Assembly: GCA_049115575.1 (NCBI GenBank)
Contig: JAGDZU010000004.1
Coordinates: 83,094-147,093, forward strand
Source of the DNA: Bacteroidia bacterium
GTDB taxonomy: Bacteria; Bacteroidota; Bacteroidia; NS11-12g; UBA9320
Reading direction: 5' to 3'
Length of the DNA stretch: 64,000 nt
Part shown: one piece after another, positions 18,203-27,845 of the stretch
How the letters are laid out: each line of letters begins with the position of its first letter
Numbering within the stretch: the first letter of the stretch is position 1
The notes under the pieces: model-generated
Seen by the model: the letters and a program-made list of their open reading frames with translations, nothing else
Told to the model about the DNA's origin: nothing
Databases searched by the model: none
Translations under genes and position numbers: made by a program

Positions 18203-19246
18203 TTACAGCAGTATATTCCATGAATACGCATCTTCTTTTCTTCCAAATTTGTAGTCTTCAAGTTCTTTCTTAATTCCAACGATACCTTGGTGATTCTCTG
18301 ATTTCAAAGAATATATCTTATCATCTATTTCCAGTTTATCAATAAAGGTTATTGCCGCTGCAGTACCTGTGGCAAATAAACATTCCACAGAATTCTGTTC
18401 CAGTTTGTCTCGAAGGAAGTTCTTGGAGATCTTGGTTTCAACCACTTCCACTCCACTTCTCTTAATTAATTTAATTACCGAATCTCTGGTAATTCCAGCC
18501 AATATACTGTCGTGAAGTTCTGGTGTGTACACCACCCCATCTATAACCATAAACAGATTCGCCGACCCCAACTCTTCCAAATATTCATTTTCCGTTCTAT
18601 CAGTCCAGATTAGTTGATCATAGCCTTGATCCTTTGCAAGCATTGATGGCATAAATGCCGCTGCATAATTCCCAGCTGCTTTGGCGTGACCTACTCCACC
18701 CTGAACTGCTCGGGAATATTTCGATTCTACTTTCACATCTATAGGTCTGTCATAGTAAAAGCCTACAGGAGATGCAATCAGCATAAACCTATACTTCACA
18801 CTTGGGATTGCCCTTAATGTAGGAGAGGTGGCAATAATAAAAGGTCTTACATACAAAGAGCCTTGATGTTGTTCAGGCACCCACGCCCTATCCAATTGAA
18901 GCCATGCTATTATAGCATCCATTATCTGATTTTCATCAATTTCGGGAATAGCCAATCTATTTGCGGAAAGATTCAATCTTGAAATATTGTCTTTCGCTCT
19001 AAAGAGATTTACTTCACCCGCATCAGTCTTATAAGCTTTCAAACCTTCAAAAATGGCTTGGCCATAATGGAATACATGACTTGCAGGATGATATTCCATT
19101 GGACCAAAAGGTCTGATTTCCATTTCACTCCATGTGTCACCATCAAATTCAGCAACTATCATGTGATCAGTAAATGCTTTACCAAATACCAACTGATCGA
19201 AATCAACATTTGCTAAACCTGAACTCTTGCTCTCACTCACTCTCAT
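18203..19246 (-). CDS. ilvE: Branched-chain amino acid aminotransferase
   Basis: FGKAFTDHM, FHYGQAIFEGLKAY, LYVRPF, AKAAGNYA (PLP lysine), ILAGITRDS, TGTAA. Confidence 0.95.
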   Translation of the reverse strand: MRVSESKSSGLANVDFDQLVFGKAFTDHMIVAEFDGDTWSEMEIRPFGPMEYHPASHVFHYGQAIFEGLKAYKTDAGEVNLFRAKDNISRLNLSANRLAIPEIDENQIMDAIIAWLQLDRAWVPEQHQGSLYVRPFIIATSPTLRAIPSVKYRFMLIASPVGFYYDRPIDVKVESKYSRAVQGGVGHAKAAGNYAAAFMPSMLAKDQGYDQLIWTDRTENEYLEELGSANLFMVIDGVVYTPELHDSILAGITRDSVIKLIKRSGVEVVETKISKNFLRDKLEQNSVECLFATGTAAAITFIDKLEIDDKIYSLKSENHQGIVGIKKELEDYKFGRKEDAYSWNILL

Positions 19247-19308
19247 AAATCGGCTTCAAATTAAATGGTATAAAGTGAATAAATGACATTTGTTTATAAT
19301 TTTGCCTA

Positions 19309-19818
19309 GTGAACGATTTGGAAGAATTTGAGATTGGCTTGTTGTACAAAAGCCTTGTAATCCTGAAAGAAAAAGATGAACAGGAAACTTCAAATTCAAC
19401 TGTGGTAAGGGAAGAAGAAAAGCCAACGCCAATTGAGGTCAAAACAGAAGTTGCTCAGCCTCCGGCTGAAGAAAAAATTGTTACGGAAACCTTAAATTCT
19501 AAGTTGTTTATATATCCAAAAAATCTTGAAGAAACTCTTCGAGCTGACAACTCAAATTTGAGTAAGATTCTTCAAGCTCTTCAAGCATCGGATATAATGA
19601 ACAATGCCATACACCTGGAAGATATAAGCACATTGGATCAGCTGAAAGATGTACAAGTGGTTTGGTCTGTGGGTTTATCTCAAAGCCAGCAAGAGTCCAT
19701 TACTAAATTTGGGCATCTCAAGTATTTGAATTCTCCAAATCCTGAGTCTCTGCAGACCAAAGAGGAGAAACGAAAGATGTACGAACCTCTTAAGGCATTT
19801 GTAAAGTATTTTAACTGA
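19309..19818 (+). CDS. Hypothetical protein with weak resemblance to DNA polymerase III psi (HolD)-like Bacteroidota proteins
   Basis: LSKILQAL and C-terminal SL...EEKRKMYEPLK recall the 'L.KIL.AL...L..L...KR.LW..LK' pattern. A perfect -7 box lies 4 nt before the GTG. Confidence 0.4.
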   Translation: MNDLEEFEIGLLYKSLVILKEKDEQETSNSTVVREEEKPTPIEVKTEVAQPPAEEKIVTETLNSKLFIYPKNLEETLRADNSNLSKILQALQASDIMNNAIHLEDISTLDQLKDVQVVWSVGLSQSQQESITKFGHLKYLNSPNPESLQTKEEKRKMYEPLKAFVKYFN

Positions 19819-19903
19819 GCTTATTTGCAGTAATTTCAAATAGGTAATAAGGCTTCAAAAAGCCAATGCAAGTTGTATTTTTGCAGCCCTTTTATAGTAT
19901 CAT

Positions 19904-22303
19904 ATGATCAACAAAGAAGACTTCAGAAAATACAAGAATCAATCTTACTTTCTTAAACTCAAAGAACTCGCATCTACAGATAGTGTTGACCCTTATAAAT
20001 ATCGAATGATATTTTTTGGAGGAACCGGTGCAGTTGGAGGACAAGCAGTGATTGAAGTTCTACATGGTTTTCAATACATAGAGCGCAATCGCTATGCTCA
20101 CAGCAATCAGAGACCTGAACTTGTTATTACAGGTATAGATCTGAAACAAATAGACCAATTCTGTTCCAAGCTATATCAGGTCTTTGGTAAAGAAAACTTC
20201 AAATTGATAAGCGAGGAAGGGGAAACTCCGACTTATATATTTGAAAACCTGGTTGTTCTGAACTTCAAAATTCTTCTAGCTTCTCCCAAATTCAAAAGTG
20301 ATTTAGACGCGGCCTTGCCTTCTTACAATACAGCTGAAGAAAAGATAGATTACTTAAAAGGCGAAGCATCCAAAATAACAGCTCCTTTTGAGGAGTTTGT
20401 TGAAGAATATATCAAGGTAACAGGCATAAAAGGAATTCGCGCTGTATTTAGTGGCATTCCGATTCCAAGTGTGGCTACCTACCATTTTGAAGCCATTGAT
20501 AGGTTGCTTGAAAAACATGGATTGGCAAAGGATGATCCAGACAAGCTGATTGAAAGAAGTATTAAAAGAGAGATTCTTAAAGGACTTGCTCAAGATTTCG
20601 GTAACATCAAAGAAAAATACGCCGACGAAGTTCTTATAGCACACACCACTTCTGTAGGTGGCATGTATCAAATCATCAATGATGAGGCAGTAATAAAAAC
20701 TGGTTACGCTCACTCTTCTCTTGGCGATTTATTGAAAGAAAAGCAATTTTACGCCAATGAGTTAACCATACATTATTCCAATTTTGGATTAAAGAGTTTG
20801 GTAACCGCAGCGGCAATAGGTATTGATTACATATACCAAAAATCTACTCTGCCGCTTAGTAGTGGAGTATCAAGAAAATACCGCATGGCTAGTGAAGGAA
20901 GCAACCTTCCTTTTGACTTAAAGCTGGTTAAAGATGCAAATAGCGACAAACTGATTAATAAGGTATTTCCTTCTCAGAGGCTGAGTGCATCTCACCCAAT
21001 AGTGGATGATGCAGGCATTCCCGTTCCCAAAACGGATTATGATTTTGGCAATGATGAAGAAGAAGTTAAAACTTTAAACGTGTCTTATGCTTTACGCAGC
21101 GGAGAGAATGGATTGTTCTCTCTAGACAACGCTTATGCCCTTTATTTAAACATGAAGATTGCCTCGCAAGAGGAATTGGCTCACGTTCTAGTTTATAATG
21201 CCTTTTTTGGTGATGATGAGCAAAAACCTTGGTTTGACGAGCATGGCATTTGCTATTATACCCAAACAGATAACTCCAGTTTAATCTTTGCGCTACTTAA
21301 TAATAGACGTGAGTTTAGAAACTACCAGACTTCCGCTTTTACACCTAAAGCTTTTCAGGAATTAGGTTCGTCTAAGCATCAAGCTGAATTACACACCAGT
21401 GCTTTATTCATTCTACTGCATAAGTTAAAGAATATCAACCCAGCTCAGGTAAGCAAGACTATAACCTCAAAATACAACATCACCGAGGTGATGGAATTTG
21501 TAGACAAGAACACACCTACTTTGCTCATAGAGGATATAGTGAATTATGGCAAAGACAATGCTAAACTAGGTGCTGATTTCGCTGAGCTTTTTGAGCTGAA
21601 GACTGCGGATGATATTGCTGGCTTTGTTGGGTTTAAAGGCGAACTACATGGTTTTATTAGAACTTTCTTTGACCATTTATTAACTATAGTCAACGACACT
21701 ATCAATGCTATTACCTCTTTAGGAACACCAATCATCTATACCAATAGCAAAGGAAAAGACGTCATTCTTTCCGGACCGTATTTCGCTCCACTGGATCTGA
21801 TCATCAAAGACAATTTTACTTTACTAGAGTACATCTTGGAGGAAAGTGTGAATTACAAAATGAATCAGAATGACTTCCTTGAGTGGGTGATTTGTAACAA
21901 CGGATTAGCAGATATGAGACCTAAAGCCGTATTCAATACAGCTAAAATTTATCAGCAGGGATTGGTAGATGCAATTAGAGTTTGTGATAACATTGAAGAC
22001 TTCAGAAAACTAGTAAATACCCTAAAGCAGAAAAACGGACACAACCTCCGTGAAAACTATCATTATAGCACAAGCGGTCTAGTGGCGTATACCGGAAGAA
22101 TCCTTGGACTTTATGAGCAAATTTCAAATTTTGACTTAAGTTTAGGAACTTTAAATGGTTGGAAAGCTCTTTTCCCGGTTGATTCCAACAATAATCACCC
22201 ATTGATTCCTGGTCTTGTGGAGGCAATGAGAATGTATAGTGAAGGTTTGGGTAAAATTACTGGCTCAGAATTCCTATACCCTAAATATGGATATTTTGAT
22301 TGA
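19904..22303 (+). CDS. Large hypothetical protein with an N-terminal Rossmann-like dinucleotide-binding motif
   Basis: 799-aa open frame with its own TATTTTTG promoter box and MIFFGGTGAVGG. I do not recognise the family. Confidence 0.55.
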   Translation: MINKEDFRKYKNQSYFLKLKELASTDSVDPYKYRMIFFGGTGAVGGQAVIEVLHGFQYIERNRYAHSNQRPELVITGIDLKQIDQFCSKLYQVFGKENFKLISEEGETPTYIFENLVVLNFKILLASPKFKSDLDAALPSYNTAEEKIDYLKGEASKITAPFEEFVEEYIKVTGIKGIRAVFSGIPIPSVATYHFEAIDRLLEKHGLAKDDPDKLIERSIKREILKGLAQDFGNIKEKYADEVLIAHTTSVGGMYQIINDEAVIKTGYAHSSLGDLLKEKQFYANELTIHYSNFGLKSLVTAAAIGIDYIYQKSTLPLSSGVSRKYRMASEGSNLPFDLKLVKDANSDKLINKVFPSQRLSASHPIVDDAGIPVPKTDYDFGNDEEEVKTLNVSYALRSGENGLFSLDNAYALYLNMKIASQEELAHVLVYNAFFGDDEQKPWFDEHGICYYTQTDNSSLIFALLNNRREFRNYQTSAFTPKAFQELGSSKHQAELHTSALFILLHKLKNINPAQVSKTITSKYNITEVMEFVDKNTPTLLIEDIVNYGKDNAKLGADFAELFELKTADDIAGFVGFKGELHGFIRTFFDHLLTIVNDTINAITSLGTPIIYTNSKGKDVILSGPYFAPLDLIIKDNFTLLEYILEESVNYKMNQNDFLEWVICNNGLADMRPKAVFNTAKIYQQGLVDAIRVCDNIEDFRKLVNTLKQKNGHNLRENYHYSTSGLVAYTGRILGLYEQISNFDLSLGTLNGWKALFPVDSNNNHPLIPGLVEAMRMYSEGLGKITGSEFLYPKYGYFD

Positions 22304-22308
22304 TTAGA

Positions 22309-23175
22309 ATGAGAACTCTATTGCTCCTATGTTTTTGTATTTCTCTGCTTGCTTGCACTCAGCAACAATCAGAGAAGAACCACGAACAATCTGAAAAGGA
22401 GCATGAAGATATTTATTCATCAATAGAGTTCCCTCAATTCCAGTCTATTCTGGATAGTGCGCAAGTAGAAGGGAGTATACTCATTCTAGACTTACATGAT
22501 AAGAAATTCTATTCAAACAACTTTGATTGGGCTTCAGAAGGCAGACTACCTGCCTCAACTTTTAAGATAGCTAATTCAATTATTGCACTTGAGTCAGGGG
22601 TGGTTGAGGATGACAGTACATTATTTCCGTGGAACGGCCAACCAAGAAGGATGAAGATCTGGGAAAAGGACTTGATTTTCAAACAGGCTTTTCATGTTTC
22701 TTGTGTTCCTTGCTACCAAGAGGTGGCTAGAAATATTGGAGTAGGCCGAATGCGTGAATACTTAAACAAGTTCAACTATGGAGATATGAAGGTAGATTCA
22801 AACAGCATAGATGTTTTCTGGCTTGAAGGGGAATCACAAATTTCTCAATACCAACAAATTGAATTCCTAAAGAATTTCTACCAAGATGAATTAGCAATAT
22901 CAGCTCGAACAAAAAGCATCATGTCTAAATTGATGGTGATAGAAAAAAACGATGAGTATATACTCAGTGGCAAAACTGGATGGTCTATAAGAAACGGCCA
23001 TAATAATGGTTGGTTTGTGGGTTACATTGAGTATAAATCCAAGATGTACTTCTTTGCTACCAATGTTTCTCCACAAGAAGAGTTTAACATGAAAATGTTT
23101 CCAGTCATAAGAAAGAATGTTACTTTCAAGGCCTTGGAACATCTGAGATCGGAAAGTTCAAGCGCTATTAATTAA
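22309..23175 (+). CDS. Class D beta-lactamase (OXA-like) lipoprotein
   Basis: PASTFK (SxxK), SCV (SxV), YGD, FWLEG, KTG and GWFVG; lipobox LLAC. Confidence 0.88.
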   Translation: MRTLLLLCFCISLLACTQQQSEKNHEQSEKEHEDIYSSIEFPQFQSILDSAQVEGSILILDLHDKKFYSNNFDWASEGRLPASTFKIANSIIALESGVVEDDSTLFPWNGQPRRMKIWEKDLIFKQAFHVSCVPCYQEVARNIGVGRMREYLNKFNYGDMKVDSNSIDVFWLEGESQISQYQQIEFLKNFYQDELAISARTKSIMSKLMVIEKNDEYILSGKTGWSIRNGHNNGWFVGYIEYKSKMYFFATNVSPQEEFNMKMFPVIRKNVTFKALEHLRSESSSAIN

Positions 23176-23178
23176 GAC

Positions 23179-23352
23179 ATGAAAAAGGAAAACAAACTGG
23201 GAGTTGGAATTGCATTAGGTGCCGGAATCGGAACAGCTTTAGGAGTTGCCACCAAGAATATAGGAATGTGGATTGCCATTGGAGTTGCTATTGGTGCTGC
23301 AATAGGAACAGCTTTAATGCAACAAGAAAGCAAAAAAGACAAAGAAGATTAA
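23179..23352 (+). CDS. Small glycine-zipper membrane protein (57 aa)
   Basis: Missed by the ORF track. Sequence MKKENKLGVGIALGAGIGTALGVATKNIGMWIAIGVAIGAAIGTALMQQESKKDKED has two GxxxG-rich helices and starts 3 nt after the OXA stop. Confidence 0.8.
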   Translation: MKKENKLGVGIALGAGIGTALGVATKNIGMWIAIGVAIGAAIGTALMQQESKKDKED

Positions 23353-23520
23353 GTCGTGTTAGTACTTTAACATCTGAGCAATACATCCATCTTCAAAACA
23401 CATTATTGAGCAAAACAACATCAAATGCATTGACAGCATTTATACTTATTGGTTGTTTCATTTAGGTCATCAAGCCGAAGCTAGGATGATAATTAAAAGA
23501 AAACCTTTTATACTTGGAGA

Positions 23521-24402
23521 ATGAAACCTTTAAGGAGATTGAAGTTCATTCTGCTTGTTGTATTTCTAGTCTTTGCAACTGAATCTTGCAAAAAAGATAA
23601 TACCACTCCAGACTGTGATCTAACTGTTATCTTAACGGATACTTCTCTACTAAATGTGGCTTATGGTACAGAAGGCAGGCAAGTATATGATATACATTTA
23701 CCTGCTAATAGAACTATGAGTACTCCAGTAATACTTATGATTCATGGTGGCGCATGGAGAGCCGGGCAGAAAGAAGATTTTAATTCCTACATAAACATAA
23801 TACAGTCTAAATGGGACAGTGTAGCCATAGTTACAATGAACTACAGACTGGCGAGCAATGTAGATAGCATCCACCACGATGAAATGATGGAAGACATTAA
23901 TTCAGTAGTGAATCATTTAAACTCCAATAAATCTTCATACCATATTTCAAATAAGCTGGCTATTATGGGTGCCAGTGCTGGAGGCCAGTTAGCTATGATA
24001 TATGCTTATAAATACAACACTGAGATTAAATGTGTTGGAAGCATCTTTGGACCAACAATCATGAATGATTGGAGTTGGTATAACAGCAACAATGTATTTC
24101 TTGGAGGTTATGTTGGTGATATTTTAGCACAGTATGTTGGTCAAACCTGGGATACAACCGCATACAAAGCAGTAAGCCCATACTGGAACGTAAGCAGTAG
24201 TACACAACCCACTATTATTTTTCACGGCAGTTTAGACCCTATAGTGCCTACTTATCACAGTCAGTGGCTGCACGGCAAGCTGAACAGTTTGTCTGTTGTA
24301 AATGAATATCATGAATACGTTGCATTCCACAGCTTTGATAGCAATCAATCCAATGATGTGTTGACAAAATTAGTGGCCTTTTTCAAGAGCCATTTAGAAT
24401 AG
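23521..24402 (+). CDS. Alpha/beta hydrolase (HSL/BD-FAE-type esterase) lipoprotein
   Basis: IHGGAW, NYRL, GASAGG, HGSLDPIVP and C-terminal H; lipobox ESC-KKD. Confidence 0.88.
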   Translation: MKPLRRLKFILLVVFLVFATESCKKDNTTPDCDLTVILTDTSLLNVAYGTEGRQVYDIHLPANRTMSTPVILMIHGGAWRAGQKEDFNSYINIIQSKWDSVAIVTMNYRLASNVDSIHHDEMMEDINSVVNHLNSNKSSYHISNKLAIMGASAGGQLAMIYAYKYNTEIKCVGSIFGPTIMNDWSWYNSNNVFLGGYVGDILAQYVGQTWDTTAYKAVSPYWNVSSSTQPTIIFHGSLDPIVPTYHSQWLHGKLNSLSVVNEYHEYVAFHSFDSNQSNDVLTKLVAFFKSHLE

Positions 24403-24439
24403 CAGAATCACGAGTGATTCTCCTTTATCTCTTTCGGTG

Positions 24440-25810
24440 TTAATCTACGTTGTCGTGCAGAAATGAATTATTCTGCCTGAGCTCTGGTTTCTTATCTGGC
24501 TCTTCTACCAAAGATGTTCTAGATATTTCAGAGTCCGAAGAATGAGGCTTGTCTTCTAAATTCACACCTTTGCGAATATAGGCGGGTACATTTTCCAATT
24601 CTTCTATTCCTTCATCTTTCTGAGCAGTCTCATTTAAGTCTTTAAGATAACGCATACGTTTTTTCATTTCCTCTATTTTCAGATCTGCCATTTGGCTTTC
24701 AGACTGCTCCTGAGTTTCCTCATTTATAACATCAAAAATGGTAGTCTGCTTTTTAACAGCTGCATCTTCTTCAAGATCTAAAGGGTCTACCTGAAACTCT
24801 ACTTCTTGCTCTGTTTCCTCTTCTTGATTCACGATATATCTATTCTCTTTGCGGTCAAAACCTGTAGCAATAACTGTTACTGAGATATCTCGTCCCAATT
24901 TAGAGTCATAACACAAACCACATTTAAGGCTTGCATCCATGCCAGCCTCTTCTTGTAGAAATTCATTAATAGCTGCATATTCATCCATGGTAGCCTCTTC
25001 GTCTCCATAGCTGATATTTACCAACAAATCGCTTGCTCCTTTAATTTTACTATCGTCTAGCAATGGTGAATTAAGTGCCATATTCACAGCCCGCATAGCT
25101 CTGTCTTCTCCTTCTGCTAAACCAATACCCATAATAGATACTCCACTATTGGTCATAGCGGTTTTTACATCTTCAAAGTCAACATTTATGCTACCGGCTA
25201 TAGTTATAATTTCTGCTATACCCTTAGCCGCAGTAGTTAACACATTATCTGCATGACCAAAAGCTCTTGAAATTGGCAGATTGCCAAATATGTCTTTGAT
25301 TCTATCATTGGAAATTACCAATAGAGAATCAACAGCATCTCTCATTTCGTGTATACCTTCAAATGCAGCATCGCACCTGCGATTACCTTCGAATGTAAAT
25401 GGAGTTGTTACTATGCCAACTGTAAGTATACCCATGTCTTTGGCTGCTTTAGCCAAAACAGGTGCGGCTCCTGTTCCAGTTCCACCGCCCATACCAGCAG
25501 TGACAAATACCATTTGAGTATTTACACCAAGGGTATCAATAATATCTTTAATATTTTCTTCAGCGGCTTTTTTTCCAACTTCTGGATTTGAACCCGCTCC
25601 TCTTCCTTCGGTTAGGGAACTGCCAATTTGAATTTTGTTGGGTATAGGGCTGCTTTCCAGTGCTTGCGCATCTGTGTTGCAGATGAAGAAATCCACACCA
25701 GTGATTCCCTCTCTATACATATGGTTCACGGCATTTCCACCGCCACCACCAACACCAATTACTTTAATTATGGAAGATTTTTCCTTTGGTAACTCAAATG
25801 TAAAACTCAT
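24440..25810 (-). CDS. ftsZ: Cell division protein FtsZ
   Basis: GVGGGGGNAVN, GMGGGTGTG, INVDFEDV, and the Bacteroidota C-terminus NNSFLHDNVD. Confidence 0.99.
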   Translation of the reverse strand: MSFTFELPKEKSSIIKVIGVGGGGGNAVNHMYREGITGVDFFICNTDAQALESSPIPNKIQIGSSLTEGRGAGSNPEVGKKAAEENIKDIIDTLGVNTQMVFVTAGMGGGTGTGAAPVLAKAAKDMGILTVGIVTTPFTFEGNRRCDAAFEGIHEMRDAVDSLLVISNDRIKDIFGNLPISRAFGHADNVLTTAAKGIAEIITIAGSINVDFEDVKTAMTNSGVSIMGIGLAEGEDRAMRAVNMALNSPLLDDSKIKGASDLLVNISYGDEEATMDEYAAINEFLQEEAGMDASLKCGLCYDSKLGRDISVTVIATGFDRKENRYIVNQEEETEQEVEFQVDPLDLEEDAAVKKQTTIFDVINEETQEQSESQMADLKIEEMKKRMRYLKDLNETAQKDEGIEELENVPAYIRKGVNLEDKPHSSDSEISRTSLVEEPDKKPELRQNNSFLHDNVD

Positions 25811-25816
25811 AAAATT

Positions 25817-27100
25817 CTATTTAAAGTCAGTTACGTCGGCCTCGTCTTTCAACCAGTCCTTAATTCGATCAAATAGGGCCTTCTTACTTTTTTCACTTTG
25901 ACCCAGATCTATAGCTAAGCTCTCATTATCTGAGAATCGAGCATCTTCTAATCCTCTCAGTACCAGTCCCACTCCAGTGGCATAAATAGGGCTTTTCACC
26001 TCTTCTACCATGCCCTTAGACAAGTGCTCGGTTGGATATCCTATTCTAGCATCTAATCCCGTTACGAATTCTGCTAGTTGTGCTATATGTTTCAATTGAG
26101 ATCCTCCTCCTGTGAGTACAATACCACCGGCGAGTTTCTTCTTCATATTAGAAGCCTTGATTTCATAGTATACTAGTTCTAGTATCTCTTCAATTCTTGC
26201 TTGTATAATTCTAGCTAAGTTCTTAATCGCTATTTCTTTAGGTTCCCTTCCTCTAATTCCAGGTATGCTCACAATTTCGCTGTCTGATAATTCATTAGCT
26301 AGTGCGCTTCCGAATTTTACTTTCAGCAATTCAGCATGAGCTTTCATAACATTACAACCTTCTTTTATGTCCTCAGTTATAATGTTTCCACCATAAGGAA
26401 TGACAGCTGTGTGTTTAATTATGTTCTCGTGGAAGATGGCCACATCAGTGGTTCCGCCTCCTATATCCACCAAAACTACCCCTGCTTCCAATTCTTCAGG
26501 ACTCAGAACAGATTCAGAAGAAGCTAGAGGTTCTAATGCCAGATCAGCCACTTTTAGTTCTGACTTCTCTACGCATTTATATATGTTTTTTGCTGCAGTT
26601 ATTTGCCCAGTGATAATATGGAAGTTTCCTTCTAGCTTTACACCAGCCATACCAACTGGGTCTACTATTCCAGGTTCGTCATCTACAGAATAGTCTTGTG
26701 GCAATACATGAATGATTTTATCTCCTGGCTTAACAGCTAACTTGAACATATCTGTTTCCAGTTTCTTCAAATCCTCATTATTAATTTCAGCTTCACCATC
26801 ATTTCTAATAATCATTCCTCTGTGCTGTAAGCTATTGATATGAGCACCTGCAATTCCTACATGAACTCGTTTAATTTCCACATTAGATTTTTCAGATGCA
26901 TCTTTTACAGCTTGATGTATTGCGGCTACCGTCTTATCTATATTAGAAACCACTCCTCTGGTTACTCCTCCGTGAGCAGCAACTTTTCCCATTCCCAGGA
27001 TATCTACTTTTCCAAACTCATTAGCTCTTCCTACTATGGCACACACCTTTGTGGTTCCAATATCTAGGCCTACTACAATCTTTTCTTTTGATTCTTCCAT
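25817..27100 (-). CDS. ftsA: Cell division protein FtsA
   Basis: GLDIGTTK, DIGGGTTD, VLTGGG. Confidence 0.98.
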   Translation of the reverse strand: MEESKEKIVVGLDIGTTKVCAIVGRANEFGKVDILGMGKVAAHGGVTRGVVSNIDKTVAAIHQAVKDASEKSNVEIKRVHVGIAGAHINSLQHRGMIIRNDGEAEINNEDLKKLETDMFKLAVKPGDKIIHVLPQDYSVDDEPGIVDPVGMAGVKLEGNFHIITGQITAAKNIYKCVEKSELKVADLALEPLASSESVLSPEELEAGVVLVDIGGGTTDVAIFHENIIKHTAVIPYGGNIITEDIKEGCNVMKAHAELLKVKFGSALANELSDSEIVSIPGIRGREPKEIAIKNLARIIQARIEEILELVYYEIKASNMKKKLAGGIVLTGGGSQLKHIAQLAEFVTGLDARIGYPTEHLSKGMVEEVKSPIYATGVGLVLRGLEDARFSDNESLAIDLGQSEKSKKALFDRIKDWLKDEADVTDFK

Positions 27101-27104
27101 CTGA

Positions 27105-27845
27105 TTAACTACAAACTATTTGATTCGCAAACTTTAAATTGATGGTTTTGTACTTGTCCCAACCAACCCTCTTCATTCCGTGTTTATAGAATTGTTCCAA
27201 TCTATAAAACTTGTCTTCCAGTTCTGTGGCATCTCCAAAGATGACCTGTTGCGAACTGAGTTTGGGTATCAGGATGAGATCTCCTCCATCTGTTACAAAT
27301 ATCTGCTCTGTTATCGCCTCGGCGAAGGGGTTTTCTTGCACATAGCGAGCAAGGGTGTATACTTTCTTAATCATAGATTCAGAAAGATGACCACTTGCTA
27401 TGATAACCCTTGGTGAATTGTACTCACCCCATGAAATCTTAGCACCAGTATAATCCAAAAAATAGGATTCATTCTCATTGCTGTAAATCCTCAATATTGG
27501 AATTCGTTGATCTATGTCTATCTGAAGCTCCCCTCCCAATTGAAAACTCACCTCTGCTTTGGCCACAACATCCATAGCCAATAATTGCTTCTCAATATCC
27601 GCCAGATCAATATTGGCAGAAGGCACTCCTATTAAACCCCCGCTATACCACTGCATGAGTTTATCTTCTATCATAGCGCGGTTTATCATTTGCCTATCTG
27701 AAGGAACACTTATGTTTATGTCTATATCCGTACAGACTTGCTTTAGATGCTTAGCGCGCAGACTCACCAATAAAAAGATAAGTAATCCTATGGCCACCAC
27801 ATAAAGAGTCTTTCTGAGATATAGTTGCCAATTTATCTTAGCCAT
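27105..27845 (-). CDS. ftsQ: Cell division protein FtsQ
   Basis: Single TM helix, QRIPILR and Y.TINLKFANQIVC; located between murC and ftsA. Confidence 0.9.
   Translation of the reverse strand: MAKINWQLYLRKTLYVVAIGLLIFLLVSLRAKHLKQVCTDIDINISVPSDRQMINRAMIEDKLMQWYSGGLIGVPSANIDLADIEKQLLAMDVVAKAEVSFQLGGELQIDIDQRIPILRIYSNENESYFLDYTGAKISWGEYNSPRVIIASGHLSESMIKKVYTLARYVQENPFAEAITEQIFVTDGGDLILIPKLSSQQVIFGDATELEDKFYRLEQFYKHGMKRVGWDKYKTINLKFANQIVCS

Noticed and set aside
23268-23465. 65-aa Cys-rich ORF (MDCHWSCYWCC...) as a possible RiPP precursor
   Set aside because: It is the shifted-frame shadow of the Gly/Ala codons of the glycine-zipper gene at 23179-23352.
23466-23490. Weak hairpin TCATC...GATGA upstream of the esterase gene
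   Set aside because: The stem is imperfect with no U-tract or recognisable riboswitch core, so it cannot be supported.
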